A DNA stretch of 63,324 nucleotides, filler included, from Choristocarpus tenellus KU-1152 (GCA_964200185.2; 11 parts of 11 records of this genome joined end to end with filler, not necessarily neighbours in it), one strand, 5' to 3'. Counted from the first letter of the whole stretch, positions 25,748 to 37,680 are shown. Numbers and translations are program-made. The notes: generated by a model not told the origin, from the letters alone.

Positions 25748-25819
25748 TGGTACCAAAAGGGATTGAACCCTCTACATCCACCCGAGTAGACACATGAACC
25801 ACGACTGCATCAAGAGGTC
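25748..25819 (-). pseudogene. tRNA-Arg-like pseudogene or SINE head
   Basis: 72 nt: GACCTCTTGATGCAGTCGTGGTTCATGTGTCTACTCGGGTGGATGTAGAGGGTTCAATCCCTTTTGGTACCA. Has a T-arm/B-box GGGTTCAATCCC and a CCA end, and resembles tRNA-Arg(TCG). Cloverleaf is imperfect. Confidence 0.45.
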
Positions 25820-25846
25820 TGTACTTGTTCCCTTTCACCAACTATG

Positions 25847-26700
25847 TGTTTCAACAAAAGCTAATCTCGGGATCGCAAGTTGTTAGACTTGTTGAGGTTT
25901 AGCCCGAGGGTTGCTATTCCTCTGATCAATGACCGGCATCGGCGGGGTATTTGCTAATGTGAGGTTGTGTATCCTGGCGGCGTGTTTAACCTTTTGAAGG
26001 ATGTGACCTCGGCGAGATTCGATCCCCCGAGATTAGCGTTCGTTAGAACATTAGTAAACCCCTGTGTCTACCGAGCAGATAGTCAGCTGAGTACACCAAA
26101 AGACTAAATACGCCGCCAGGATACACATCCGTCAAAAGGCTAAGAACACGCCGCCAGGATACACAACCCGCGGGCGAAACCTCAACAAGTCTAACAGCTT
26201 GTGATCCCCGGGATTAGCTTTTTTTGGAACGCTGACTATCTGCTCGGTAGCTCAGGGATTTACTGATGTTTCAACAAAAGCTAATCCCGGGGATCGCAAG
26301 CTGCTGTTTTTGTAAACAAAAGCTAATCCCGGGGATCGCAAGCTGCTGTTTTTGTAAACAAAAGCTAATCCCGGGGATCGCAAGCTGTTTTTGTTGAAAC
26401 GCTGACTATCTGCTCGGTAGCTCAGGGGTTTACTAATTTTCAGCAAAAAAAGCTAACCAGGGATAGCAAGCTGTTAGACTTGTTGAGGTTTCGCCCGAGG
26501 GTTGCTATCCCTCTAATTAGCGACCAACTTCGGCGGAGTAGTTTCTAATGCGAGGTTGTGTATCCTGGCGGCGTGCTTAGCCTTTTGACGGATATGTGAC
26601 CATGCCGGAATTCGATCCCATGACAGTAGCGTTAGTTAGAACATTAGCAAACCCCTGAGCTGACTATCTGCTCGGTAGCTCAAGGGTTTACTAATGTTGT
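25847..26700. mobile_element. Cluster of the ~330-bp structured element (direct, inverted and truncated copies)
   Basis: Copy 25847-26090; inverted partial copy ~26095-26231; 40-bp head fragments at 26231 and 26401; a 42-bp unit three times; copy ~26440-26700. All homologous to 16973-17305. Confidence 0.8.
26274..26398. repeat. 42-bp tandem repeat, 3 copies
   Basis: ACAAAAGCTAATCCCGGGGATCGCAAGCTGCTGTTTTTGTAA twice exactly, third copy lacks one CTG. Each unit is partly self-complementary. Confidence 0.9.
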
Positions 26701-27230
26701 AAAATAGGCGAATAGCGCGAGCATTTGTTACACTCGAATAGCGCGAGCATTTCTTCCCGTGTTTTAGCAAACACGAACATTTGTGACAGATGTATATGTG
26801 AGGATTGTTTCTCGCGTTCTAACAAGTGCGAACAATATACGATATTAGTAATACATATATATGTAGCCTTAGAGAGCAAATGACAATTTTATAGGAGATG
26901 CAGAATAAGATGTGAAATTCAAACATAATCTTACAGAATAAATATTTATGATTGAAGTATCTACTTAGCAGTTTGCAGACTTCATTTAACTCTTTGGCTG
27001 AAGAAAATTGGTGGATGATTCTAATAGAAGGCTGATACGGACCCCCACGTCCTCAGTTCTTTTGATGTACCTCTTTTGATAAGCGAAAAGCGAGACATTG
27101 ACTGAGCTAAGCATCAAGCTGACACTGTGCATGGTTATCATCTGTGGACCCCCCTCATAGCGTCATTTTAATGTCGTTGGATTTGAGTTGCATATCCTGT
27201 GGAGGTGAGTTCTGAGGGGCGCCTGTAACA
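26698..27230 (+). mobile_element. LTR family A, shorter variant (~530 bp)
   Basis: AGGCGAATAGCGCGAGCATTT start region matches 18572 onward; ends GGGGCGCCTGTAACA; followed by a PBS. Confidence 0.8.
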
Positions 27231-27244
27231 TGGAGGTCCTACCG
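27231..27244 (+). promoter_or_regulatory. Primer-binding site, tRNA-Gln-like
   Basis: TGGAGGTCCTACCG directly after the LTR CA. Confidence 0.75.
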
Positions 27245-30183
27245 CCTCTCTTCAAACTGGAGGGAATACCCATTTATTCACCTCAACACATGGGATTCCT
27301 TGTAGCTCCCTACGTCCGCCTGGATTTCTTTCTTTTTCTGTTTGGGGGTGTGGTCTTCATCCGTCGTCTACGGGATTCCCTTCTTGGGTTCGTCATCTTC
27401 ATGGGTTTGAGAGTTTTGTGGCTCTGAAGGAATCGCCCTTCTCTAGCCATAGAACGAGTGGCCTCTTTTCACCACATCACTCGCCTATAGTTATAAAATG
27501 AGTGACCTTTGACCGCCATGGTATAGACGTTGCCTAGGTAGTTCTTCCTCGCCATTCATACGCTCATATTCCCGATCTGTTTTGCATGTATCACATTGTT
27601 TATTTCACAGGTTCTGCTGGGAATCAGTGATTCGGAGATGTTCCTGCCCAAGGCCAGACTTTACGAGAACTCTTGCAGCAGTCGTGACGGCTCAACGTGT
27701 TTATTATGCATTGCGTCCACGCATCAATAACTTCACCCCTTTCCACATCGAGCTCCTCGAAGACTCTTGTCCGACTTTCTTAGGACAGACAGCGATCCTT
27801 TCAGGTGCTTCGTCTGCAATCGACCTCCCGCGCATCAAAGGACAGCTCTTACAGGTCCGTTGAGACGACGTTACGGAAATTGAGTGGTTCATATTTTGGT
27901 GAGAGAATACACCCTTTTTGGATGGCCAGCCGAAAATCGTTGTAAAGGTTGCCATGTGTTATTTCATGTTATTTTTTTAAAGAGAGAGAAAGGTGTGACG
28001 CGGAAGACTGCGGCCATAGCCTAGTCTTCCACTATCGAGCGTATACGGTAGACTTGGGGATGCCTCATATATGTAAAGTTCGTTTGGGGGGGGATATATA
28101 TAGGTGAAGATCAACTCATTGATTTGTACGAACCAGCCCAACTCTCCTACCCTTTAAAATGATCCTCTGTTCTCTATTATATTATATATTGTATTTTTTC
28201 TTTACAGATTAGAAGCCAAATTCACCCACTAGGATTTTCGCAGAGTAATCCTTTGAGGAACGAGATAGTAAACCGTCGAATTAAACCTTAACGGATTATC
28301 GATGATCTCATAAAAGAGTTATCCAATCGAAAACGACCAATTTTTCCCAGCCAATCAAAATGCTGCAAAACCTACAAGGAGAAGACTAACATTTATTTGG
28401 TTAGGGGGTAGATGCGCTTGTTTGCTAGCATGTCACACCCTTGCGCTGCCCCAGTCGAAACCCTGATCACCAGGCAGAAACAGGGACTATATCGCCACAA
28501 CAGGACTTCTATGCACGAATAGGTATCAAGCCAAACTTCGCTTTTATACAGAGAGGTTTTCAACCGTGTACTGGCAGCCCTTGCACCGATGCTTCAATCT
28601 GTTTTAACCCAGAACTCCTTGCCCGCTGTCTGTGCAGCCTTAAGTACTGAACCTTCTTCCGTTCCCAGCAAACACAGTACCTCGTTCGTTCCAAAAAATC
28701 AAGGCCTCAAAACCCGTTCGACCAGTCACGTCCGTTCCCCAGCCTGTGCTTTGACCCCCACTTGCTCTACCCACAGACAAGGCGAGCAATAGAAGTCAGC
28801 ACGATTCGGGCAAAGGCTTTCCTCCATCATCTGCCTCCCAGGACGAAGTCGATACATGAACAAAGGCACACCGAGTATGCTTTCATCATGCCTGTAGTCA
28901 AAACTGCTTCACGTCCATAACTGACGTGTGCAGGTATATATAAAACGACTCGTTAGTTCCCAGGGGAATCCTCCCATACCTTTCGGGAACCCAACGAGGA
29001 CCTCCGGATACTCAATCCACTGCAGAGTCTCGTATGATGGTAGCCTTAATAGAAACGAATCTCCGATACCTAGCAGCAATGCAAGACTCGAAACTCCATC
29101 CACGATTCGCGAGAAGTCCAACCGATTCGGACGCTGCAGAGTAGTCTTGAAGTTACACCATGGAGTCTGAGTTTCCAGTCATGTCATTCCATCTATAGAA
29201 ATTTATACTTTCGTTTCCACCTCGATAATATTCACCATGACACCGGCCTATGGTACTACTCAAGTATCGACATATGCCCTGCTATGCCACGCACACAGAG
29301 TCCACTCGAAAATGCTTGCCCAGGTACTCCTTGACACAGGAAGGATGGAGGTAAGGAGGAATTCAGCAGGAGAGAAACGAGTGTCTCCTCCAGAAAACCT
29401 CCCAGCAGGTAACAACTGTATGCCTGAAGGACAAGGTGAGGTTCAGCCGGTATATGCTAGAACAAGAGTTTAAAGCAATGATAATCATAGTCACTGAAAG
29501 GAACAGCAGAAGTTGGAATGAAGAAGCTGCCCACATTTTACCACAGAGTAGTATACATCGGTTCTATAGGCTGAAGTCCTTAGAAAAGACAAACACTGAA
29601 CTCACTACTTTTTATTTTTCGTTTATTTATTTTCCCCTCTTCTATGTTGTAACGACTCTCTGTGATCTTGATTTTTTTTCTTCTATATCGCACTTATGTT
29701 TTTCTAATGTTTATATATATTTAGTTCTCATCCCATCATCCCCTGATTTTTAAATCTCATTTTCTTTTCATAGTTGTTACTCTCCTTATTTACTGACTTT
29801 TTATTTCTTTTTTTTCCTTTTTACTTTTTGTGCTTTTTTTATTTTATTTATTTTTCAGTTTCCACATTGTTTCCCTCATCATCCACACTTTTTTTTCTAT
29901 TCATTGCCCATTTTATTTTATTTATCTTATTTATCTTTATTTATTATTAGTACTGTTGGTTACTCTCATTGGCCCTTCTTTATTTATTTATCTTCATTTT
30001 TGCCATTGCCTGTTTGTACACTAGCAGCCTTGAGTATGCTTTGTGCATGGGGAGCATAGGACAGGCAATAATCAGATGCTGTGTAGGTCATGAATAATAT
30101 ATGTCTAATCTTTGATAGGACTTGCATTTATACAACCGGGAAGATTGGAACGGAAGATGCATGAATTGTATGCCCAATCAGAG

Positions 30184-30283
30184 NNNNNNNNNNNNNNNNN
30201 NNNNNNNNNNNNNNNNNNNNNNNNNNNTTAATTAATTAANNNNNNNNNNNNNNNNNNNNNNNNNNNNNNNNNNNNNNNNNNNN
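30184..30283. other. Artificial contig linker
   Basis: 44 N + TTAATTAATTAA + 44 N. Confidence 0.99.
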
Positions 30284-30333
30284 GTTCTGCAGCACTGACA
30301 CAACTGGGTCTCGTAAGGGGACAGCTTGTAGAG
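30284..30333 (+). CDS. Coiled-coil protein, partial exon at contig start
   Basis: SAALTQLGLVRGQLVE, then donor GTGAGG at 30334. Phase-0 join to 31295. Confidence 0.5.
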
Positions 30334-30373
30334 GTGAGGATGAGGGGTGGGGGGGGGGGAGAATGGGGGGGGG

Positions 30374-30740
30374 ATTTAGTTAGGTTAGGATTCCAACATG
30401 GGGTTTGGGGATTGAGATTTGAGGACTAGGGCTTGAGGTTAAGGGTCAGGGCGGTAGGACTCTAGGGTTAGGGCTTGAGGATTTGGACTCTTGGGATTGG
30501 GAGTTAGGATTTGATGTTAGGGTTAGGGTTGGGGTGACGTTTTTTCTTTGGGATAATGAGTTTTAGGGTTAGGGTTAGGTTTAGGGTTTAGGTGAGACAC
30601 AGTTGGCAAGGGTTGACAGGGAACTGAAAGTTGTGGAGTTTGTTGTGGAGATGTTTGGGGAGATTAGCAGCTAAATTTATGTTGTTTCTTTTCTCTCTGT
30701 TTCTCTAACTTAGGGGTTAGGGTTAGGGTTAGGGTTAGGG
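30374..30740 (+). repeat. Interstitial telomere-like (TTAGGG)n tract, degenerate, intronic
   Basis: Many TTAGGG and variant units, with a perfect run near 30714-30740. Confidence 0.85.
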
Positions 30741-31245
30741 CGGAACATGAAAGGGGGTTTCTAGGCAACAAATTGGGGTGAGGGCAGTGGGAGAGACAGG
30801 GGTTTGTGAGGGCTGTCTATGACAGCTGGTGATTGGTTGGTTGGTTGGTTGGTTGGTTTGTTCTGATGATGTTGGTGGTGTTAGGTGTTTTTGTGACTCT
30901 CATCAAGATGGTGTACAGTAGAGTCAACCAGCTACGAATATTATGCATTCCTGCTTGCACCCCCACCAGCTGTACTGTACTGTATTGTACTATACTTTTA
31001 CGTAGCTCACCTATGTTGAATGTTGAATGTTGAAATTCCATCATATCCTCTTCCTTTATGTCGTTGGTGATGTGCGTAAAGGCCTCTTGCTTGCTTAATT
31101 TCTTCTCCAGTGGTGACTATCCTTCCCCCCCCCCACCTTCGTCCCTGTACCCCAAGTGTTCCCTTATCGATAGTGTATTGTTCACCACAGTATGTCCACA
31201 TCTAGTGTGCTCTTTTCTTTTTTCTCAGCTCCCCTAGAAAAAACA

Positions 31246-31283
<38 letters not shown>

Positions 31284-31294
31284 ATCCTTAAAAG

Positions 31295-31495
31295 GCTTCA
31301 CGGGGTAAGTCAGAGGCTCAGGAGCTCCTAGAGACCGGTAGGGCGGAGCTGACTGCCCTCCGTTCTGAGGCTTCTAAGCTGTCACTGGAAAGGGACACCT
31401 TGAGAGGTGATGCTGAGGCTGGGTGGGCCACGGTGAGGGAGATGGAGGCAGCGCTGGAGCAGGCGGAGGGTCGAGCGGAGGATGCCTTTGGGAAG
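31295..31495 (+). CDS. Coiled-coil protein, internal exon
   Basis: AG...GT, 201 nt, phase 0. ASRGKSEAQELLETGRAELTALRSEASKLSLERDTLRGDAEAGWATVREMEAALEQAEGRAEDAFGK; heptad-like, E/A/L/R-rich. Confidence 0.8.
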
Positions 31496-33707
31496 GTAAC
31501 CAAGAATGTTGTAGAATAATAATAGTAATAATAAGAATAATGGTAAAAAATAGAACAATTGTTTTGTGTTTTTGACTTGAGAATTGCTTCTTGAAAAGTG
31601 ATGTCTGTGGTACAGTGGGGGTATATATAGTACAGGAATGATGTTTTTTTGTGTTTAAAAATGTGTGCATTTTTTTTTTAATTGTTGGGTTGGGTGTGTA
31701 TCTTGTACAGTGTGTGGAATATTTGTATTTTTTTGTTTGATGAGAGATGTTTGGTGTATGAGTTCATGTTTTTTTTCCCCATTGGAATCGAGCGCTTGTT
31801 GGTGGGCGTGTGTGACCTTTGCTCGGCGCATGAGGGATGGATAGATGGTGAAAATGGTGGTAGGGTGTGTGTGGTGTCAGACTTCGGAGTTGATTACAAA
31901 GTTTTGTGGTGAAGCTTCAGTGTGCTGATTCTGTCTATCTGCGCATGGTGTTTTCATACCCTTTTTTGTCACTCCCCAATACCCATCCACACACACACAC
32001 GCAAAGAATCCAGAATTGTACGCCTGCGCATTGTAGAAAACCACTGCACTTTCGGCTTACACCGTGTGTTTAATAGAACAACCGCGAAGTGTTTTGTTAG
32101 AACGCACAAGAGCTGCGAGACAGCGAGCAGACGCGCGAGACTGAAGATCAGGCATGTGTATAGAGCAGGTTAGAGCTGGCGAAAGATGCAGTCAATGGTA
32201 ACTAATGAGATACTACTACCACGGTTCCACTGGGGCAGACAGGGGTAGATGATCGCGCCACTTTGTCCCCTGGTGGAACAGTAGTACTGGTCTGTCAAGA
32301 TTATGCTTGTCCATTTGTGAGAATAACGTAAGGTTCGAAGTCACATATTGGACGTGCGTGCAAGGGATGATGGGAGACATTCGGGATATTTAGGGTTAGG
32401 GTATTTGAACTCATATTGAATGTACTTGGGAACGATGATGTGGGACAATCGGGATATTTGGGGTTAGGGTATTTGATCAGACAGAGTTCCCTCGGAATGT
32501 TAAGAGTAGGAGTGTTTCTGAAGTGTTGTAGAGAACTGTCGGGTGTCATACCCTAACCCTTCACTGAGTTATTTGGTGTAAGGTCTGGTGAGAAACTCCA
32601 TCCGGTGATGGCGTTTCACTCTCTTCTCAAATGCGATGCAAGCTAATAAATAATAATAGTGATACAACAACTGGTTGTGTGGGACAACAGATGGTCGAGG
32701 ACGGCTTAACATGCTATAGCGCCTTACAAAGCATGTTTGCATAGTTTCAATATTCGGACTTTAGCTATTGCTGGGAAGGGAGTTGGCACAAACAAGATGA
32801 TCAATCTACGGGCAGCTAGCTTACTATCCCACATAGACTCCCAACTGATGTCTCATCTCATCATGAGTCTCCCTGAATGCTGTAGCAGTATCCGGTACAT
32901 ATGGGGAGGGCATTGGTTATGAGGTGCAATGCCCATCTTGTAACACAGTACAGCACGGGGCGAAGACTTAGTGGGTCAGTTGTCAATGCAAGCATAACCA
33001 CAGCTACCCCAAACTGGAATTTGTGTAACATCAGCAGTACACCCGTGCCGCAATTCCCACGGAGTCACCCACCCTTCATTCGCAGATGTCGGTGCCATGT
33101 TGGTGAGATCGTTGGCATGTGACATCGCCTCCTCCCACAAGGTCCCTCCCATCGCCTTCCAGCCTCATACCAAGGCAATTCTCCTTTCAACCCGCGTCGA
33201 TGTATCGCCTTCCAAGCCCCTTTGTTGTATTGGAGCGCACCGGGCACAGTATACCTATCCGTGTCGAATGGCGTACCTTGCCTTTTCTTTTCAGCATCAA
33301 TTATACTTTTTTTTTTATATTTTTTGATGTAGTTGTTTTTTTTGTCGAGGTTGGCGTGTTCTTTTTTTTTCTTTTTTTTTTTTAGCATGACTTGGAGGTC
33401 ATTTCAGCTAACGATAGCTTTTCTTGTTGTGACATTTTTGGGGTACGTACGTGTGTACAGGGTACAAAGAGTACAAACAGGGATCATTCATGTGCGCACG
33501 CGCCTTGTTGTTTGTACTCTTTGGGCTTAGGGTTTAGGGGGATAGTTGGGTTTGGGTTAGGGTTAGGGTTAGGGGTTCAGTATTCTCGTCCTTGAGGCTT
33601 GTGATTTGTCGCATGCCCACACCCTCCTCGACTTAACGACCCCTTGTCCCTGATTCGGGATGATTGCGATGGTCTAATGGTCTAATGGTCTAATCTCCTT
33701 TTCTTAG

Positions 33708-33824
33708 TTGATCGCACTTGCAAAGGGGTACAAGCGACTGGAGGATGATTCACGGAAGGATCAGACTGAGTCGAGTAGCAAGCTGGCTGCAGCTGTGGGG
33801 ATGGCAAGGGTCGCTGAGGAGCAG
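33708..33824 (+). CDS. Coiled-coil protein, internal exon
   Basis: TTTTCTTAG acceptor, GTGTGT donor, 117 nt, phase 0. LIALAKGYKRLEDDSRKDQTESSSKLAAAVGMARVAEEQ. Confidence 0.78.
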
Positions 33825-34908
33825 GTGTGTGTGTACAGCTAATGTGTGTGTGTGTGTGTGTGTGCTTTTTTGTGGGTTAGGGGTAGGGGTAGGGTTAGGT
33901 GTACAGTTTAGAGGCAATGGTGGAGTGGAGGGAGTGTAGGTGGAGATAAAATTGGACTTTTACTCGTCCCTTTTTTTATTATTTAAATAATTAAATTGCG
34001 CTTGTCTTCTTACACGTGGCACCCCCTCTGTGGTGTATTATTATACTTGGAAATTGTCTTGAACAGCTGTAGAAAGAGAAATTGTTTCGCACCCTAAGTG
34101 GCATAGCTCTCGATATTATGTGCCTATACCAGTAGTCGATAAGAAGAACATACAACATAAATACATACATAAATACATACATAAATACATACATAAATAC
34201 ATACATACATGCTATGTGTAAGGTCTGGGGTTATGAAGATTAAGTACTTATTTAGTATTTTGTTGATCAGCTTGAAATGGTTTGGTTCGCTAGACTCTAT
34301 CGAAGTGTAGCAGCACCACCACCATTAGTTGCAGTTGGGGTGGCTGTGAGGAAACCCTGTACGGTGCATGTGCTTGCATACAATAAAAAAAAATGATCTG
34401 AGAAGAAGTTTTTGATTTTGATTTTGATTTTGATTTTGGTTGTTTCTTTAACGAAATGAATTTTGACACACACATTGAATCACATCACAATTCACAGCAT
34501 TGTTGTTAATATTTTCGTCCCGTAACAGTTAGGTCCGAAACGCACGTAACGTGCGTTGTACTCATTGTGTTACGAAAGTGTTGTTGTGTGAAATATTCAA
34601 AACCAATGAAAAAGGCCATGTTCCAAGATTGTTCCGACCGAATTCGTTTGCCTTGCCTGCAGCATGTTGGCATCACTTTGAGGGGTGCACTCATCTTAGG
34701 CGCGAGTCCATTAAAAGTCTTAAAAGTCCTCTCCATTCCACCTATGCCACATCCCGTTGATTATACCTTGCCCACAATCGATTGTGCAGTAACATGCTTG
34801 TGTGGGGGGGGACTGCTGGATACCCTCCCCCTCCTCCCCCCCCCACGAAACCGTATGCATGGTGTTAATGGTCGATGGTTGATGGTCGAATGGGATGTAT
34901 CTCAATAG

Positions 34909-34980
34909 GTGAAGGAAGAGGAACGTAAACGCGAGCAGACTTTGGCGGCACTTCACGAGAGCGAGGAGGCTGCAAAGCGG
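34909..34980 (+). CDS. Coiled-coil protein, internal exon
   Basis: CAATAG acceptor, GTGTGT donor, 72 nt, phase 0. VKEEERKREQTLAALHESEEAAKR. Confidence 0.75.
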
Positions 34981-35449
34981 GTGTGTGTTATGTGTGTGTG
35001 TTGTGTGTGTGTTGTGTGTGTGTCGTGTGCATGTTAAGTGTGTGTATTGTATGTTGTGTGCAAGTGTTACGTGCATGTTACATATATGTTTCGTGAGTGT
35101 TATGTGTGTGTATTGTGTGTGTATTGTGAGTGTTATGTGGGTGTTGTATAGGGGTTGTGTGTGCCTCATGTCTGTGAATCTGTCTTTGTACGTGCTTGTA
35201 AAAGATGGAAATTTTGCTTGCATATTTGAGTGTTCTAGCATGAAAAGGAGCATTGTGGTATGGAGATTCATTTGCACATGTGTGTCCATTTGTTGGACTT
35301 TTTTTTGTGGGGCAAGGGGTCTATTACTTTGATTTATTTTTTGATATTTGTTGTAGCTTGGCTCTGGAGCATGTGTGGGTGTTACTGCGTGTGTGTTTGC
35401 TATTGTTTTGTATTATTTTTCTTTTGTTAAGTTCAAGTAGGTATTGTTG

Positions 35450-35722
35450 AGTTGGGGTTATGGTTTGAGATGTGTCTATAGTTGGAGCTAGGGCGATGAC
35501 TAAGATTTAGAGGTAGGTTTAGGGTTAGGTGTACTGTTAGGGTTTAGATGAAGGTCAGGCTATAGGTAGGATTTAGAGTCAAGGCTTGGTTTGTGTTAAG
35601 GTATGAAGTGGGTTAATAGATTAGGGTTAGGGGTACAATTGGGATCTATACTTGAGGCTGTAGTCAGGGTTAGGGATATAACTAGTGTTAAGATAAGGGT
35701 TGGGACCATCTCTAGGGTTGGA
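35450..35722 (+). repeat. Degenerate telomere-like TTAGGG tract, intronic
   Basis: Repeated TTAGGG, TAGGGT and TTTAG variants. Confidence 0.7.
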
Positions 35723-35995
35723 TTTTCATCACGTGTTCTTGCTGCTCTGGTTCCCCCCCATCCCCAACCCACCCCTACCTCCATACTTTAATTGGTGCTC
35801 AGTCAGGTCACTGACCTACTATGTTGATGCTTTGGTACTTAAACATGACAAGAGAGTGAGAAGAGCAGCAGCACATGTCCGGACTCTAGAGTCTACTGTT
35901 GGTGCAGTGTTTGTTATATACTAGGACACAGCCTCACCCCCCCCCCCCCCCCCTACATCACTAACAAGAACTACTATCAACTAAGAAAAAAAAGA

Positions 35996-36095
35996 NNNNN
36001 NNNNNNNNNNNNNNNNNNNNNNNNNNNNNNNNNNNNNNNTTAATTAATTAANNNNNNNNNNNNNNNNNNNNNNNNNNNNNNNNNNNNNNNNNNNN
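35996..36095. other. Artificial contig linker
   Basis: 44 N + TTAATTAATTAA + 44 N. Confidence 0.99.
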
Positions 36096-36442
36096 TTTTC
36101 GCGTGGTCTTTTTTTTTTGTTTTTTGTTTGTGTCCGGGGGTGGTGGGGGGGGGGGGGGGGGGGAGTAACTGGTTCTCTTCAGACAGGTACTGTAGTTCAA
36201 ATTTTGAATTTTGAATTTTGAATTATGAATGAATGAAAGCATTTAGGGGGGTAGGACTCTTGTCCTGCTTGTCTGTTGGTTGCTTGACTTTCCACAAGAG
36301 CTTTTTATGCTCTTCTTTGGGTTTATGTGTTAACACTGGCACCCTAACACTTTTTTTATACATATGAATATTATGAAAGGTGTATTGAGAGCAAGGAAAA
36401 TTCCGTTGTTTTTTTTAAATAGGAGGTCATCCCGAAGAGGTA

Positions 36443-36481
36443 CTACTTGCATAAGGGAACAGACTTATGGGACAGAGGGAG
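36443..36481. mobile_element. Tiny mariner/Stowaway-like TIR remnant
   Basis: ...CTTATGGGACAGAGGGAG followed by TA. Reverse complement CTCCCTCTGTCCCATAAG resembles the terminus at 46776 (TA-CTCCCTCCCTTTTCCATAAG). Confidence 0.5.
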
Positions 36482-37626
36482 TATGTAGGTACAGAGTGAA
36501 TATGTAGGTACATTATATTAGTTATATTATATTAGTTATATTATAGTACGTAGGTACATTGTAATAGTCGCTGTCTCTTTTTTTTTCTTTTAATGCAAGC
36601 AGCAGTGGTTTGAAATATGTGGATGGTTGTGTCCACTGTTGAGTATCTATGTATCTATGTATCTATGCATTAATTGATATCTTTCTGCGTGTCTGTGTTA
36701 CGTGTTTGTGTGAATTCATTGGGAAACGCCTCTCACACGACATCTCTCCAATTTGGAAAAAAAATAAATAAATATATATATATATATATAAGCATGAGGA
36801 TTGCTACGAGCCCAGGAGCTGCTCTGGGGCAGGTACGATGAACAGTAAAGAAATGTTTCGTACTGGCTCTATTTGATTTATTATTTTTGGGGTTAGGGCA
36901 GATGGGCCATTGTTGGGCTATAGGATGTTCTTGGTGTCTATGATGTGCAGGGGTTAGGGTTAGGGCTAGGAGTACTAGTGTGTTTGATATGTTAGGGTTA
37001 GGGCTGCGTGTCTCCTACCTTGATGTGTTACATGTGTGTGTGTTTTGTTTTTTGTGAAGTTCTGTACTCGTTTTTTTTTCTATTTATTTTTTTATTTTTT
37101 TGCTAGTTTTCTTTCTTTCTGAAATTTTTTGTGTTGATTCTCTTCTTTCGGCTGCCACTTGATGACCTTTTCTGGGACCCCTCAGACAAATCAAAATAAA
37201 AAAGATGGAAATAATAATAATCATAATAATAATACGAATTCCTTGTATATTATTTAGTCGTGTTTTTCCTGTACATACCATGCATCATTGATCAGGAAGG
37301 GTCACCGTGGTTGAACTCAAGTGGTTTTGTTTTGGAAGATTTTTTTTTGTGTGTGTGTTGAATAGATTTTGTGTTCTCACTGCGACTGACCGCTTCAGAA
37401 ACGACTCTTGAGGACTTTTTTTTTTTGTTAGTGACCAAGAAAAGTATTTTTTTTTGTTCAAGAATGGTCAGAAAATAATGAAAATTGTTTTTGTTTTTTT
37501 TAATTCGAGGGCTTCATAAATTGTCAGAAAAAAAAAATCTGAGCTGAATCTATTATTTATTTATTTTTTTGTAAGTGTGTGTCTCAGTGAGTTGCTGTGT
37601 GATACTGTGATGGTGTAGCCTGAAGC

Positions 37627-37680
<54 letters not shown>

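Noticed and set aside
26274-26398. CRISPR-like palindromic repeats
   Set aside because: No spacers; the units are copies of the dispersed element's tail.
26480-26610. Hammerhead or HDV-like ribozyme in the structured element (GGGCGAAAC, CCGGCATGGTC on the minus strand)
   Set aside because: I could not build a CUGANGA core or the HDV nested pseudoknot by eye. It needs an Infernal or RNAmotif search and is not claimed.
34720-35332. 189-aa and 115-aa ORFs
   Set aside because: They are translations of (TG)n/(CA)n low-complexity intron sequence.
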